Shown: positions 1 through 10,036, numbered from the stretch's first letter. The stretch is 64,000 bases of DNA from an uncultured Granulicatella sp. (GCF_963515095.1 NZ_CAUPXD010000003.1:7568-71567), one strand, 5' to 3'. Program-made: numbers and translations. The notes: generated from the sequence alone by a model not told the origin.

Positions 1-528
1 GAAAGAGAAGCGAAAAATGATACAATTTTAGGTAATATCTATCAAGTATCATTCCTAAGAACAGACATCTATTTTGATGAATTTGATGAGATTGATTTAT
101 GGTTTGAAATAGGGAAAGGTTTAGTTATTCTTATTGTGGGATTAGGATTATTAGTAGCATCTGGAAAAATTATTTATCATAACTATGAGAATTATAAAGA
201 ATTATTCGAACTGTTCCCAGAAGTTCAAGGTCATATGAATCTTTTAGTGGAAAATGCCGAGTATGTTTCAAAGGATTTTGCTCTATTAGTTTATAAAGGG
301 TATATTATTATTCATGCTGATGAATTTTATGTGGAATCATTGGATAAAATTCGTGGTATTCGTAAGTTTAAGAAGAGGTATAAAGGAATTGTAGAATATT
401 ATTTACGAGTGAAATATAAAAATTCTGATGATCCCTATGAATTATCAATAGGAATGTTCGCAAGTAAGAGACATGTTAATGACGAAAAATGGTTAGAGGA
501 GAATTACAATATTCTTGCGGAGTTCTAA
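1..528 (+). CDS. Hypothetical membrane protein, 5' end outside the window
   Basis: The frame of the 136..528 ORF is open back to position 1; hydrophobic stretch LVILIVGLGLLVASG; followed by a terminator. Confidence 0.75.
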   Translation, partial: EREAKNDTILGNIYQVSFLRTDIYFDEFDEIDLWFEIGKGLVILIVGLGLLVASGKIIYHNYENYKELFELFPEVQGHMNLLVENAEYVSKDFALLVYKGYIIIHADEFYVESLDKIRGIRKFKKRYKGIVEYYLRVKYKNSDDPYELSIGMFASKRHVNDEKWLEENYNILAEF

Positions 529-637
529 CAGTAAGATTTGCTCATACTAGTATATAAAGGTTATATAAGAATATGAAAGAGACAATTGGTGGTTGAAGGG
601 AAATTATCAATTAGTTAATGATTTTCGTAAGTAATCA

Positions 638-675
638 AAGCCATAAGTTACTAATGAGTGACTTATGGCTTTTTT
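638..675 (+). terminator. Intrinsic terminator
   Basis: AAGCCATAAGTTA...TGACTTATGGCTT hairpin followed by a T-run. Confidence 0.85.
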
Positions 676-705
676 GCGTAAAAATAAATATAAAATTCGA
701 GAGTT

Positions 706-735
706 TTGACAAATATGTACAAAATCGTGTATGAT
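706..735 (+). promoter_or_regulatory. Sigma-A promoter of the glmS leader
   Basis: TTGACA (706-711), 18 nt spacer, TATGAT (730-735). Confidence 0.7.
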
Positions 736-777
736 TAGTCATGTTTCTGAAAATAAAATGCTAAGAAAGGTAGCAAC

Positions 778-930
778 ATAGGATAGCGCCAGGCTTATTA
801 CGAGAGAGAATAAGTGACGAGGATTGAGTTTATCGAAGGATTCGGCGGGTGACTCAAGGCAGTGCAGTCTACAGCAATATACAAAAATCTCTGCGGGGAT
901 ACAAAATTTTTGCAAGCACCAGAAACAATG
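778..930 (+). ncRNA. glmS ribozyme (GlcN6P-activated, self-cleaving)
   Basis: Core AGCGCC (785-790)...GACGAGG...TTATCGAA..TTCGGCGG directly upstream of glmS; expected cleavage between A785 and G786. Confidence 0.93.
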
Positions 931-974
931 AAAATTTGTTTGAAGGAAACCCTTCATTAAAGGAGATTATATAT

Positions 975-2783
975 ATGTGTGGAATTGTAGGATGTATTGG
1001 AGATAACCGTATTCAAACGGTCATTTTAGATGGATTAGAAAAATTAGAATATCGTGGATATGATTCAGCAGGATTATTTATCGCAGATGCTGATGGTACA
1101 ACGCAATTAGTGAAAAAAGTAGGACGTATTGCGAACTTACGTGATGCAGTGGATGAATCAGTTCCAGCTTTTGCAGGGATTGGGCATACTCGTTGGGCAA
1201 CTCATGGACCAGCAACAGAAAATAATGCTCACCCACATCGTTCTCAAAATGGACGCTTTACATTAGTTCATAATGGAGTAATTGAAAATTTCTCTGAATT
1301 AAAAGAAACTTATTTATCACATGTAAACTTCCAATCTCAAACAGATACAGAAGTTGCAGTGAACTTAGTAGAATATTTTGCAGAAAAAGAAGGTTTATCT
1401 GGTAAAGAAGCTTTCCGTCGTGCGTTAAAAGAAATTCGTGGGTCATTTGCATTCGGTTTATTAGATGAACAAGCTCCAGGAGTATTATATGCTGCAAAAC
1501 ATAAAAGCCCTCTATTAGTAGGAGTAGGAAATGGATTCAATGTTATTTGTTCAGATGCAATGGCGACTATTTCTCAAACGGATACTTATTTAGAAATTAA
1601 AGATGAAGAATTAATTACGATTACAAAAGATAAAGTAGAGATTGAAACGATTAATGGTGAAGCAGTAGAACGTGCACCATTTAAAGCAGAATTAGATGCA
1701 GATGATATTGAAAAAGGTGCTTATCCTCATTACATGTTAAAAGAAATGGATGAACAACCTGCTGTTTTACGTCGCATTATTAAAGAATATACAAATGAAG
1801 CTGGTGAATTAGAAGTTCCTAGCGAATTATTAGAAGAAATCGGACAAAGTGATCGTGTTTATGTTGTAGCTTGTGGGACAAGTTACCATGCAGGTTGGAT
1901 TGGAAAATATTTATTAGAACAATTAGCAGGAATTCCTGTTGAAGTATTTTTAGCAAGTGAATTTGCATATCATCAACCGATTTTATCTGAAAAACCATTC
2001 TTTATTTTCTTAACACAAAGTGGGGAAACAGCAGATAGCCGTCAAGCATTAGTAAAAGTGAATGAAAAAGGATATCCTTCATTAACGATTACAAATGTTA
2101 AAGGTTCAACTTTATCTCGTGAAGCAACTCATACATTATTACTTCATGCAGGACCAGAAATTGCAGTAGCTTCAACAAAAGCTTATACAGCACAAATTAC
2201 AGTAATGGCTGTATTAGCAGAAGTATTACGTCGTACAAAAGGACGTCCTCAAACATTTGATATGAGTCATGAATTAGCTGTTATTGCTTCTGCAATCGAA
2301 GGTGTATTAGATGAAAAATCTGTTGTAAAAGAATTAGTCGATCAAAACTTACTAGATACAGCGAATGCCTTTTATATTGGTCGTCATTTAGATTATTATG
2401 TAGCAATGGAAGCAGCGTTGAAATTAAAAGAAATTTCTTATGTACAAACGGAAAGTTTCGCTGCTGGAGAATTAAAACATGGTACAATTGCCTTAATCGA
2501 AGAAGGCACACCTGTTATTGCTTTATTAAGTGAACCAGTAGTGGCAAGCCATACAAGAGGAAATATCGAAGAAGTGAAAGCACGTGGAGCTAAAACAATG
2601 GTGATTGCCATGGAAGGAAGCGAACGTGAAGGCGACGATATCGTATTACCAAAAGTACAAATGGAATTAGCACCAATTTTAAGTGTTGTTGTAACACAAT
2701 TGATTGCTTACTACACGTCTCTTGGTAAAGGATTAGATGTGGATAAACCAAGAAACTTAGCAAAATCTGTAACAGTGGAATAA
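975..2783 (+). CDS. glmS: Glutamine-fructose-6-phosphate aminotransferase
   Basis: True start MCGIVG at 975 after AGGAG; GHTRWATHG, VHNG, two SIS domains, C-terminal PRNLAKSVTVE. Confidence 0.98.
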   Translation: MCGIVGCIGDNRIQTVILDGLEKLEYRGYDSAGLFIADADGTTQLVKKVGRIANLRDAVDESVPAFAGIGHTRWATHGPATENNAHPHRSQNGRFTLVHNGVIENFSELKETYLSHVNFQSQTDTEVAVNLVEYFAEKEGLSGKEAFRRALKEIRGSFAFGLLDEQAPGVLYAAKHKSPLLVGVGNGFNVICSDAMATISQTDTYLEIKDEELITITKDKVEIETINGEAVERAPFKAELDADDIEKGAYPHYMLKEMDEQPAVLRRIIKEYTNEAGELEVPSELLEEIGQSDRVYVVACGTSYHAGWIGKYLLEQLAGIPVEVFLASEFAYHQPILSEKPFFIFLTQSGETADSRQALVKVNEKGYPSLTITNVKGSTLSREATHTLLLHAGPEIAVASTKAYTAQITVMAVLAEVLRRTKGRPQTFDMSHELAVIASAIEGVLDEKSVVKELVDQNLLDTANAFYIGRHLDYYVAMEAALKLKEISYVQTESFAAGELKHGTIALIEEGTPVIALLSEPVVASHTRGNIEEVKARGAKTMVIAMEGSEREGDDIVLPKVQMELAPILSVVVTQLIAYYTSLGKGLDVDKPRNLAKSVTVE

Positions 2784-2797
2784 TGATATGAATAGCT

Positions 2798-2840
2798 AGC
2801 ACACGAAAGACAATGAAACTGTCGTTCGTGTGCTTTTTGT
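2798..2840 (+). terminator. glmS terminator
   Basis: AGCACACGAA...TTCGTGTGCT plus T-run. Confidence 0.85.
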
Positions 2841-2908
2841 TATGGAATTAAAAGGACGATTTTTCTAAAATATGATATACTGACAGAAAGAGAAAAGGAG
2901 AGTTGCAG

Positions 2909-3379
2909 ATGAAAGTTGTATTTGTATGTTTAGGAAATATTTGCCGTTCACCAATGGCAGAAGCTGTGTTTAGACAAATGGTAAGAGATAAAGGGTTGGA
3001 ACAACAAGTCATCATTGATTCTGCAGCAACAAGTTCTTGGGAACAAGGGAATCCTGTTCACTCTGGTACTAGAAAACAATTAGCAAAAGTCGGAATCTCG
3101 ACAGATGGAATGTATTCTAGACAATTATCCTCTGTAGATGTCGATGCGGATTACATCATTGGAATGGATTCGGAAAATATGATGAATATTAAACGAATGA
3201 TGCAAGGAAAGACTTCTGCCACAATTGCATCTTTATTAAGTTTTGCAGGGAGCAAGCGAGATATTGCAGATCCTTGGTATACCGGGGATTTTGAACAAAC
3301 ATATCAAGATGTTTGTTTAGGTTGCGAAGCTTTAATGGAAGAAATTCAAGAGAAATTACAGAAAAATGGAGACAAGTAA
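2909..3379 (+). CDS. Low-molecular-weight protein-tyrosine phosphatase
   Basis: VCLGNICRS P-loop and DPWY motif; ATG at 2909 after AGGAG. Confidence 0.93.
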   Translation: MKVVFVCLGNICRSPMAEAVFRQMVRDKGLEQQVIIDSAATSSWEQGNPVHSGTRKQLAKVGISTDGMYSRQLSSVDVDADYIIGMDSENMMNIKRMMQGKTSATIASLLSFAGSKRDIADPWYTGDFEQTYQDVCLGCEALMEEIQEKLQKNGDK

Positions 3380-4551
3380 TGGAGAAAAATTTTAAACAAC
3401 AATTAATATTAATTGCAGTAGCTGCGGCGAGTTTATTTTTCGTATTAAATATTAGGTATTTATACGCAGGAGTGAATACTTTTTTAGGAATGCTATCTCC
3501 GATTGTTTTAGGATTATTAATGGCATTTATTTTTAATGTTCCAATGAAACATATGGAAAAACAATTAGAAAAGGTTAAAGTCCCTAAATCTTTTAGAAGA
3601 GGGATTGCAATTTTAGGAGTACTATTCATATTTATTGCGATTATGGTGGCTATTTCATGGATTATTGTTCCAACTTTAGCGAATACGGTTGTTCAATTAG
3701 GAGAAAGTTTTAATTACTTAATGGATTTTTGTGTGAATTGGATTCAGACTTCTGGTTGGTTACAAGCAACGGATGTAGAACGAATTACTGGATTTATTAA
3801 TCAAAGTAATATTGTTTCTAGCGTTGTTTCATTATTAGGTGGGTTTACTTCTAATATTACTGGAATTTTTTCTAATGTATTTACGATTTTAATGGCAGTA
3901 TTTTTAATGTTAAATATTTTAGGAAGTAAAGAGCAATTACAATATTTAATCAATCGATTATTAAAGGTGATTCTTCCAGAAAATCGATATGAATTACTTC
4001 AGTATATCGGTAAAGTAACATTAGATACTTATGATAAATTTTTAATGGGACAATTAATCGAAGCGATGATTATTGGTTCATTAGTGTTTGTTACATATAG
4101 TGTATTTCAATTGCCTTATGCAGCAATTACTGGTGTATTGGCAGGAGTGTTGTCATTTATTCCATATATCGGACCATTTTCGGCTTGTATGTTAGGGGCT
4201 ATTTTCATTTTTACAGTAAGCCCAATTCAAGCGTTAATTTCGATTGGTGTTTTCTATGGATTACAATTAATTGAGGGGAATTTTATTTATCCTCGTGTGG
4301 TAGGAAATTCGATTGGATTGCCAACAGTGTTAACATTAGCCGCAGCCTTGATTGGTGGGAATTTATTTGGAATTCTAGGATTAGTATTTTTCACACCATT
4401 TTGTGCAGTTCTCTATCATCTTGTAAAAGAATTAGTCATCAAACGAGAAGAAGCGTTGAAACTTTTGGATAAACGAGGTGAGAATCATCGAACAAATGGA
4501 AAAAGAAATGTTCATGAGGGAAGCTTTAAAGGAAGCACAAAAAGCTTATGA
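3379..4551 (+). CDS. AI-2E family transporter
   Basis: Multi-TM; IPYIGP and QLIEGNFIYPRVVG motifs; ATG overlaps the upstream TAA. Confidence 0.88.
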   Translation: MEKNFKQQLILIAVAAASLFFVLNIRYLYAGVNTFLGMLSPIVLGLLMAFIFNVPMKHMEKQLEKVKVPKSFRRGIAILGVLFIFIAIMVAISWIIVPTLANTVVQLGESFNYLMDFCVNWIQTSGWLQATDVERITGFINQSNIVSSVVSLLGGFTSNITGIFSNVFTILMAVFLMLNILGSKEQLQYLINRLLKVILPENRYELLQYIGKVTLDTYDKFLMGQLIEAMIIGSLVFVTYSVFQLPYAAITGVLAGVLSFIPYIGPFSACMLGAIFIFTVSPIQALISIGVFYGLQLIEGNFIYPRVVGNSIGLPTVLTLAAALIGGNLFGILGLVFFTPFCAVLYHLVKELVIKREEALKLLDKRGENHRTNGKRNVHEGSFKGSTKSL

Positions 4552-4990
4552 TAAGGAAGAAGTTCCTATTGGTGCAGTCGTTGTGTTAAATGGGGAAATT
4601 ATTGGACGTGGACATAATTTGCGTGAGAAAGAACAAGATGCAACCTTACATGCGGAAATCAAAGCAATTCGACAAGCAAATCAAGTTCTAGGAAGTTGGC
4701 GATTAGAAGATTGCGAATTATTTGTAACATTAGAACCATGCCCCATGTGTAGTGGAGCCATGATTTTATCTCGTTTAAAAAAAGTAACATTTGGAGCTTT
4801 TGATCCTAAGGCCGGAACAGCAGGAACATTTATGAATTTATTACAAGATGAACGGTTTAATCATCAAGTAGAAGTCGAACATGGCGTGTTAGAAGAAGAG
4901 TGTCAACAAATTTTAAAAGACTTCTTTAAAGGATTAAGAGAACGAAACAAAAGACGAAAAGAACAAAAGAAATTAGAAAACGGTGAATGA
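4478..4990 (+). CDS. tadA: tRNA adenosine(34) deaminase
   Basis: EVPIGAV, HAE and TLEPCPMC motifs; start could be ATG 4496. Confidence 0.95.
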   Translation: MRIIEQMEKEMFMREALKEAQKAYDKEEVPIGAVVVLNGEIIGRGHNLREKEQDATLHAEIKAIRQANQVLGSWRLEDCELFVTLEPCPMCSGAMILSRLKKVTFGAFDPKAGTAGTFMNLLQDERFNHQVEVEHGVLEEECQQILKDFFKGLRERNKRRKEQKKLENGE

Positions 4991-5051
4991 CCTTAGGTTA
5001 CTCATCGTTTTTTTATGACACCTCTCTCTTCTAATGAAGTATCTAACTTAA

Positions 5052-5684
5052 TCAGTTGGAATCTGTCTCCTTACGATATTCCTTTACTTTATGTTCATAT
5101 TCTTTTAAAAGTTCTCTAGAATAAATTTTTTCATTAGTCGAATTTTTAACTTCTTTCCAAAGAATAGATGCAACTTTTAACTTATTTGAATAAAATTTGC
5201 TACATTCATCTGAGCAAAAATCTTTTAGAAACTGATTCCATTGACAAGCTGAGCTATCATATTTGGCATAATCTGATTCACCATAATATATTTTAATCAT
5301 ATCTTGAATCGTGAATGTTATATCTTTATCTCTTTTTACTTTTCTCCATGCTGTTGCCATATTAGCACTAAATTTAAACGGACTAATACCTGTTACAGCA
5401 GAAAAATAATCACGAAATTTTTGGTTGAAAGAAAAACCACAATAAAGTAATGGAGTATTCAAAGTTATAACTTCGACTTCGTTTTTGTTTCTTCTCCCCA
5501 CACTTTTTTCTACTTTATTTCCTAAAAAATATTGATGAATGATATCATTCAATTCTTGCTTCGTACCTCTATACTCTAATCCAAGGGATTTACAAATTTG
5601 TGATAGTTCTTCTCGGTACCAATAATAGAGATTAAATTCTTCAAATGAATGGATATCTTTAAAATTAGGTCTTTTTTCTTTCAT
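5052..5684 (-). CDS. SAP-domain/DUF6434-type hypothetical protein
   Basis: N-terminal YWYREEL..ICK.LGL...GTKQEL SAP-like pattern; AGGAG RBS; family call from memory. Confidence 0.7.
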   Translation of the reverse strand: MKEKRPNFKDIHSFEEFNLYYWYREELSQICKSLGLEYRGTKQELNDIIHQYFLGNKVEKSVGRRNKNEVEVITLNTPLLYCGFSFNQKFRDYFSAVTGISPFKFSANMATAWRKVKRDKDITFTIQDMIKIYYGESDYAKYDSSACQWNQFLKDFCSDECSKFYSNKLKVASILWKEVKNSTNEKIYSRELLKEYEHKVKEYRKETDSN

Positions 5685-5860
5685 AATGTTCTCCTAAAAT
5701 CATTTACTTATTTATTATTATAAATGTAATGAGTAAAATTGTACATTTTAGCTCATTGAACGATTTGAACAAATGACAACTTTTTATTTGGAGAACTTCA
5801 AGTGGGAGTAGAATTATGAAGAAGTATTATAAAGGTTTTACAAATTCAAAAATCAAAAAC

Positions 5861-5889
5861 TTTACATTAAATCCCTGTATTGTTATACT
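5861..5889 (+). promoter_or_regulatory. Promoter of the TPP-tenA leader
   Basis: TTTACA-17-TATACT with an extended TG. Confidence 0.7.
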
Positions 5890-5904
5890 GGTTTCGAATG
5901 AAAT

Positions 5905-5990
5905 GAGAGAACATTTGGGGTGCCTTTATGGCTGAGATGATACCCATTGAACCTGATGCAGTTCGTACTGTCGAAGGGAAATGATTCGCT
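5905..5990 (+). ncRNA. TPP riboswitch
   Basis: GGGGTGC..GCTGAGA..TACCC..GAACCTGAT.CAGT...ACTG.CG.AGGGA; upstream of a thiamine-salvage gene; terminator-like hairpin at about 6050-6100. Confidence 0.95.
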
Positions 5991-6132
5991 AATTATGTCT
6001 AATCCATAGGATAGATTAAGGAAAAAGACTTATATTTGAATAATCATCTAATATCCTCTTTTGTTTGCCTCATCATTTGGTAAATGAAAGAGGATTTTTG
6101 CAAAATATGGAATAGGAAAGGAATGGTTATAT

Positions 6133-6795
6133 ATGGGAAAATATGCTTTTAAAACGGGAAATGCTGTGGAAGAATTGCTAAAAAATAGTCAGAAAGATTG
6201 GAAAGCTGCAGTCAATCATCGTTTTGTAAAGGAGCTTTTTGAAGGAACGATTGAGGATGAAGTGCTAATAAAATATTTGATTCAAGACTATCATTTTTTT
6301 GATGCTTTTTTATCGATGCTAGGGGCTTGTGTGGCACATGCTGACACGCTTGAAGCAAAATTACGATTTGCAAAACAATTAGGATTTTTAGAAGCAGATG
6401 AAGATGGCTATTTTCAAAAAGCATTTAAAGAATTAGGAGTGGCAGAAAATGAATATTTAGAAGTAACGTTACATCCTGTGACAAAAGAGTTTCAAAAACT
6501 AATGTATTCAGCAGTAGATTCATCTGATTATGCTCAACTTTTAGTGATGTTAGTCATTGCAGAAGGTTTATATTTAGATTGGGGCTCTAAGGAATTACCT
6601 CTTCCAGAGAAATATGTTCATCTGGAGTGGATTCATCTTCATAGAGGAGAATTTTTTGAAGAATGGGTTCAATTTCTCGTTAATGAGTTGAATAGAATTT
6701 GTAAGGATAAAGGAACTGTTTCAGCACTTCAAGAACGTTGGAATCGTGCAGTGTCTTTAGAGCTAGCGTTTTTTGAAATTGGGTATGAAGGTTAG
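6133..6795 (+). CDS. tenA: TenA family thiamine-salvage protein (TenA_E-like)
   Basis: HRFVKEL..G, YLIQDYHF, E..FF motifs; no Cys at the usual catalytic position; under a TPP riboswitch. Confidence 0.9.
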   Translation: MGKYAFKTGNAVEELLKNSQKDWKAAVNHRFVKELFEGTIEDEVLIKYLIQDYHFFDAFLSMLGACVAHADTLEAKLRFAKQLGFLEADEDGYFQKAFKELGVAENEYLEVTLHPVTKEFQKLMYSAVDSSDYAQLLVMLVIAEGLYLDWGSKELPLPEKYVHLEWIHLHRGEFFEEWVQFLVNELNRICKDKGTVSALQERWNRAVSLELAFFEIGYEG

Positions 6796-6888
6796 TTGTT
6801 TAGCGTATATAAAAATAAACGGTTAGGATTCTAGAGAGAAGTTATTCCGTGTGTTTGATACTTTAGGAAGGCGCTGTATTCTTTTTAT

Positions 6889-6918
6889 TTGACAGTAGAT
6901 AAAGGAATTCAGTATACT
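6889..6918 (+). promoter_or_regulatory. Promoter of the M-box-mgtA leader
   Basis: TTGACA (6889-6894), 18 nt spacer, TATACT (6913-6918). Confidence 0.75.
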
Positions 6919-6924
6919 GTTCAT

Positions 6925-7130
6925 GTAAATCGGTAGGTGAGACTACCATGGAGATACGGATGGCTACCGCAAAGTAGTGGAGACACTATTCGTTGGTTAG
7001 CAGTTCCTGTCGTGAAGGCAGAAACTAATGTCATTTCATTGCTCCATGATGTTAAAGCTTGGACGGGGAAATAAGAACTTTGTATTTTAAGGCATCTTGT
7101 TACGTCTAAGCACGGAACAAGATGTTTTTC
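6925..7130 (+). ncRNA. M-box (ykoK) Mg2+ riboswitch with terminator platform
   Basis: GGTAGGTGAG.CT.C..CATGGAG ... GCTCCATG..GTTAAAGCT..ACG pattern; terminator GCATCTTGT...ACAAGATGT-TTTT at about 7090-7130; upstream of a Mg transporter. Confidence 0.92.
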
Positions 7131-7164
7131 ATTTGCCGAAATTTTTCAAAAGGGGTGATTAGAA

Positions 7165-7242
7165 ATGCCGGAACCGGATAGTAAGCAAAATTTAGCAGAT
7201 GAACAAAGGCGATTGCATGATAATCACCATTGCTTCATCTGA
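7165..7242 (+). CDS. Putative 25-aa leader peptide MPEPDSKQNLADEQRRLHDNHHCFI
   Basis: Strong RBS AGGGGTGA upstream of ATG 7165; TGA at 7240-7242, 8 nt before the mgtA RBS. Confidence 0.55.
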   Translation: MPEPDSKQNLADEQRRLHDNHHCFI

Positions 7243-7265
7243 CTTAACAAAAGAGGTGAAGTAAA

Positions 7266-9929
7266 ATGAAAACAGCAAAAGAAAGATTTGATTTTGCAAT
7301 GACAAATTCAGTAGTAGATGTACTAGATTATTTAGAAACTTCTATTACTGGAGTTCGAGAAGAACAAGTGGAGACACTTCGTGAAACTTATGGAGAAAAT
7401 AAATTAACGAAAGCAAAAGAAGTACCACTTTGGAAGAAAATTTATGAATCGATTATTAATCCATTTACAGTAATTTTATTAGTCATTGCTGTTATTTCGT
7501 TAATGACGAATGTGATTTTAGCCAAACCTGGAGAAGAAGATCCGACAACATCCATCATTATTGTTGTTTTAGTCCTAATTTCAGGAGGGATTCGTTTTGT
7601 CCAAGAATTAAAAAGTGATAAAGCAGCAAGTAATTTATCTAGCTTAATTGTAAATACGGCTACTGTGATTCGTGATGAAATTCAGCAAGAAATTCCTATT
7701 GAAGAATTAGTAGTAGGAGATATGATTAAATTAAGTGCAGGAGATATGTTGCCTGCAGATGCTTTGCTACTTGAAACAAGAGACTTCTTTATCCAACAAT
7801 CAAGCTTAACAGGTGAAAGTGAATCCATTGAGAAAAAAGCAATGTGGATTCCGTCAGAAGATGAAACTCAAAAAACTGTATTAGAAAGTGAACGCTTTGT
7901 ATTTATGGGGTCGAATGTCGTGAGTGGTAGTGCACTAGCGGTTATTTTAGTAACAGGAAATGATACGATGATTGGTCGTATTGAAAAGACGTTAAATAAT
8001 TTTGATGAACCAACAAGTTTTGAAAAAGAAATGAATACAATTTCTTGGTTATTAATTCGTTTAATGTTAGTACTTGTTCCTGTTGTATTTGTGATTAATG
8101 GTTTAACCGATAGTGACTGGCTAGAAGCAGGAGTATTTGCGCTCAGTGTTGCGGTTGGGTTAACACCAGAAATGTTACCAATGATTATTACAGCAAGCCT
8201 TGCCAAAGGTGCAGTTATTATGGCAAAAGAAAAAGTAGTCATTAAAAAATTAAATGCAATTCAAGATTTGGGCGCTATTGACATTCTTTGTACCGATAAA
8301 ACAGGAACGTTAACACAAGATGAAATTATTTTGGAATATCCACTAGATATTCATGCGAATCTTGATTTAGGAGTACTAAAAATTGGTTATTTAAATAGTT
8401 ATTTCCAAACAGGACTTAAAAATTTATTAGACCGTGCCATTATTACACGTACAGAAAAAGAATCAATTGAGCATGAAGATTTACGGGATCTTTCAACTCG
8501 TTACAAAAAAATTGATGAATTACCATTTGATTTTGAACGTCGTCGTATGAGTGTGATTGTAAAAGAAGAAACGCAAGAAGGAGCATTATTAGTAACAAAA
8601 GGTGCTCTTGAAGAAATGCTAAGTATTTCTTCTTATGTACAAGATGGAAAGGAAATTTATCCAATAACAGAAGAAATCCGTCAAAATATTTTAGAAGCTG
8701 TTTCTCAATTAAATGAACAGGGGCTTCGTGTATTAGGAGTTAGTCAGAAATTCTATCCAAATAATTCACATCGATTCGCAGTAGAAGATGAATCCAATAT
8801 GATTTTAATGGGATATTTAGCGTTCTTAGATCCACCAAAACCTTCAGCAGCACCAGCGATTCAAGCGTTAAAAGAACATGGTGTTATGACAAAAATTTTA
8901 ACAGGAGATAATGAAAAAGTAACACAAACAGTGTGTGAACGAGTAGGATTACCTGTTGATTATATTTTATTAGGGACAGATATAGAAGAGATGGATGATG
9001 CAACTTTAGCGATAGAAGCTGAAAAGACAACTATTTTTGCAAAACTTTCTCCAGAACAAAAGGCTCGCATTATTCGATTATTAAAAGCGAATGGTCATAA
9101 AGTTGGATATATGGGAGATGGAATTAATGACGCACCGTCTCTAAAAGTAGCAGATGTAGGTATTTCTGTAGATACAGCAGTGGATATTGCCAAAGAAGTA
9201 GCGGATGTCATTCTTTTAGATAAAGATTTATTAGTGTTAGAAAAAGGATTAATTGAAGGTCGTAAAGTATATGCGAACATGACAAAATATATCAAAATGA
9301 CCGTTTCATCTAATTTTGGAAATATTTTTTCATTATTATTTGCGAGTGTATTTTTACCATTTTTACCAATGGCTCCCGTACATTTAATTGTGCTTAACTT
9401 AATTTATGACTTGAGTTGTGTAGCGTTGCCATTTGATAATGTAGATGATGATTTCTTAAAAGAACCACGTGCATGGACTGCTAAATCGATTACAAGATTT
9501 ATGTCATGGTTAGGACCAACTAGTTCTATTTTTGATATTATTACATTTGCAGTGATGTTCTTTGGAATTGCGCCAATGATTACAGGAAGTAGTTATGCTG
9601 AGTCAACAAATCCTGCATTCTTCTTAATGGTTTTCCAAACAGGTTGGTTTATTCAATCCATGTGGACTCAAACAATGGTAATTTATATGCTTCGTTCTCC
9701 TAAATTACCATTTATTCAATCAAAACCAGCCTTTTCGTTATTAGTGACATCATTATTTGCGTTATTTATCGTGACAGTATTACCGTATACACCATTAGCA
9801 ACTTCCCTAAAACTAGCTACTTTAAATGGGATGTATTTCTTAGCTTTAATTTTAATTACAGTAAGCTATATGTTATTAGTAACGATTGTAAAAAAAGTGT
9901 ATATTAAGAAATATCGTGAATGGTTATAG
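7266..9929 (+). CDS. mgtA: Mg2+-translocating P-type ATPase
   Basis: TGES, TPEMLP, DKTGTLT and GDGINDAP motifs; M-box upstream. Confidence 0.96.
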   Translation: MKTAKERFDFAMTNSVVDVLDYLETSITGVREEQVETLRETYGENKLTKAKEVPLWKKIYESIINPFTVILLVIAVISLMTNVILAKPGEEDPTTSIIIVVLVLISGGIRFVQELKSDKAASNLSSLIVNTATVIRDEIQQEIPIEELVVGDMIKLSAGDMLPADALLLETRDFFIQQSSLTGESESIEKKAMWIPSEDETQKTVLESERFVFMGSNVVSGSALAVILVTGNDTMIGRIEKTLNNFDEPTSFEKEMNTISWLLIRLMLVLVPVVFVINGLTDSDWLEAGVFALSVAVGLTPEMLPMIITASLAKGAVIMAKEKVVIKKLNAIQDLGAIDILCTDKTGTLTQDEIILEYPLDIHANLDLGVLKIGYLNSYFQTGLKNLLDRAIITRTEKESIEHEDLRDLSTRYKKIDELPFDFERRRMSVIVKEETQEGALLVTKGALEEMLSISSYVQDGKEIYPITEEIRQNILEAVSQLNEQGLRVLGVSQKFYPNNSHRFAVEDESNMILMGYLAFLDPPKPSAAPAIQALKEHGVMTKILTGDNEKVTQTVCERVGLPVDYILLGTDIEEMDDATLAIEAEKTTIFAKLSPEQKARIIRLLKANGHKVGYMGDGINDAPSLKVADVGISVDTAVDIAKEVADVILLDKDLLVLEKGLIEGRKVYANMTKYIKMTVSSNFGNIFSLLFASVFLPFLPMAPVHLIVLNLIYDLSCVALPFDNVDDDFLKEPRAWTAKSITRFMSWLGPTSSIFDIITFAVMFFGIAPMITGSSYAESTNPAFFLMVFQTGWFIQSMWTQTMVIYMLRSPKLPFIQSKPAFSLLVTSLFALFIVTVLPYTPLATSLKLATLNGMYFLALILITVSYMLLVTIVKKVYIKKYREWL

Positions 9930-10036
9930 AAATGAATGTTTATATGATTAGTGACATTTTTACTTGTGTTTGATCATGAGAGGGGCCTTGGATTTGAGAA
10001 GTTTGCAATTCGTTTTCTTTTTGGTATAATGAAGAT

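Noticed and set aside
849..974. 42-aa N-terminal extension of GlmS in the ORF track
   Set aside because: It overlaps the ribozyme; GlmS needs Cys at position 2, and the RBS precedes ATG 975.
5816..5935. 39-codon ORF with a GGGAG RBS
   Set aside because: It runs through the tenA promoter and TPP aptamer and has no recognisable product.
9949..9970. TAGTGACAT resembling a ComR box
   Set aside because: Only a half-site, with no inverted partner.
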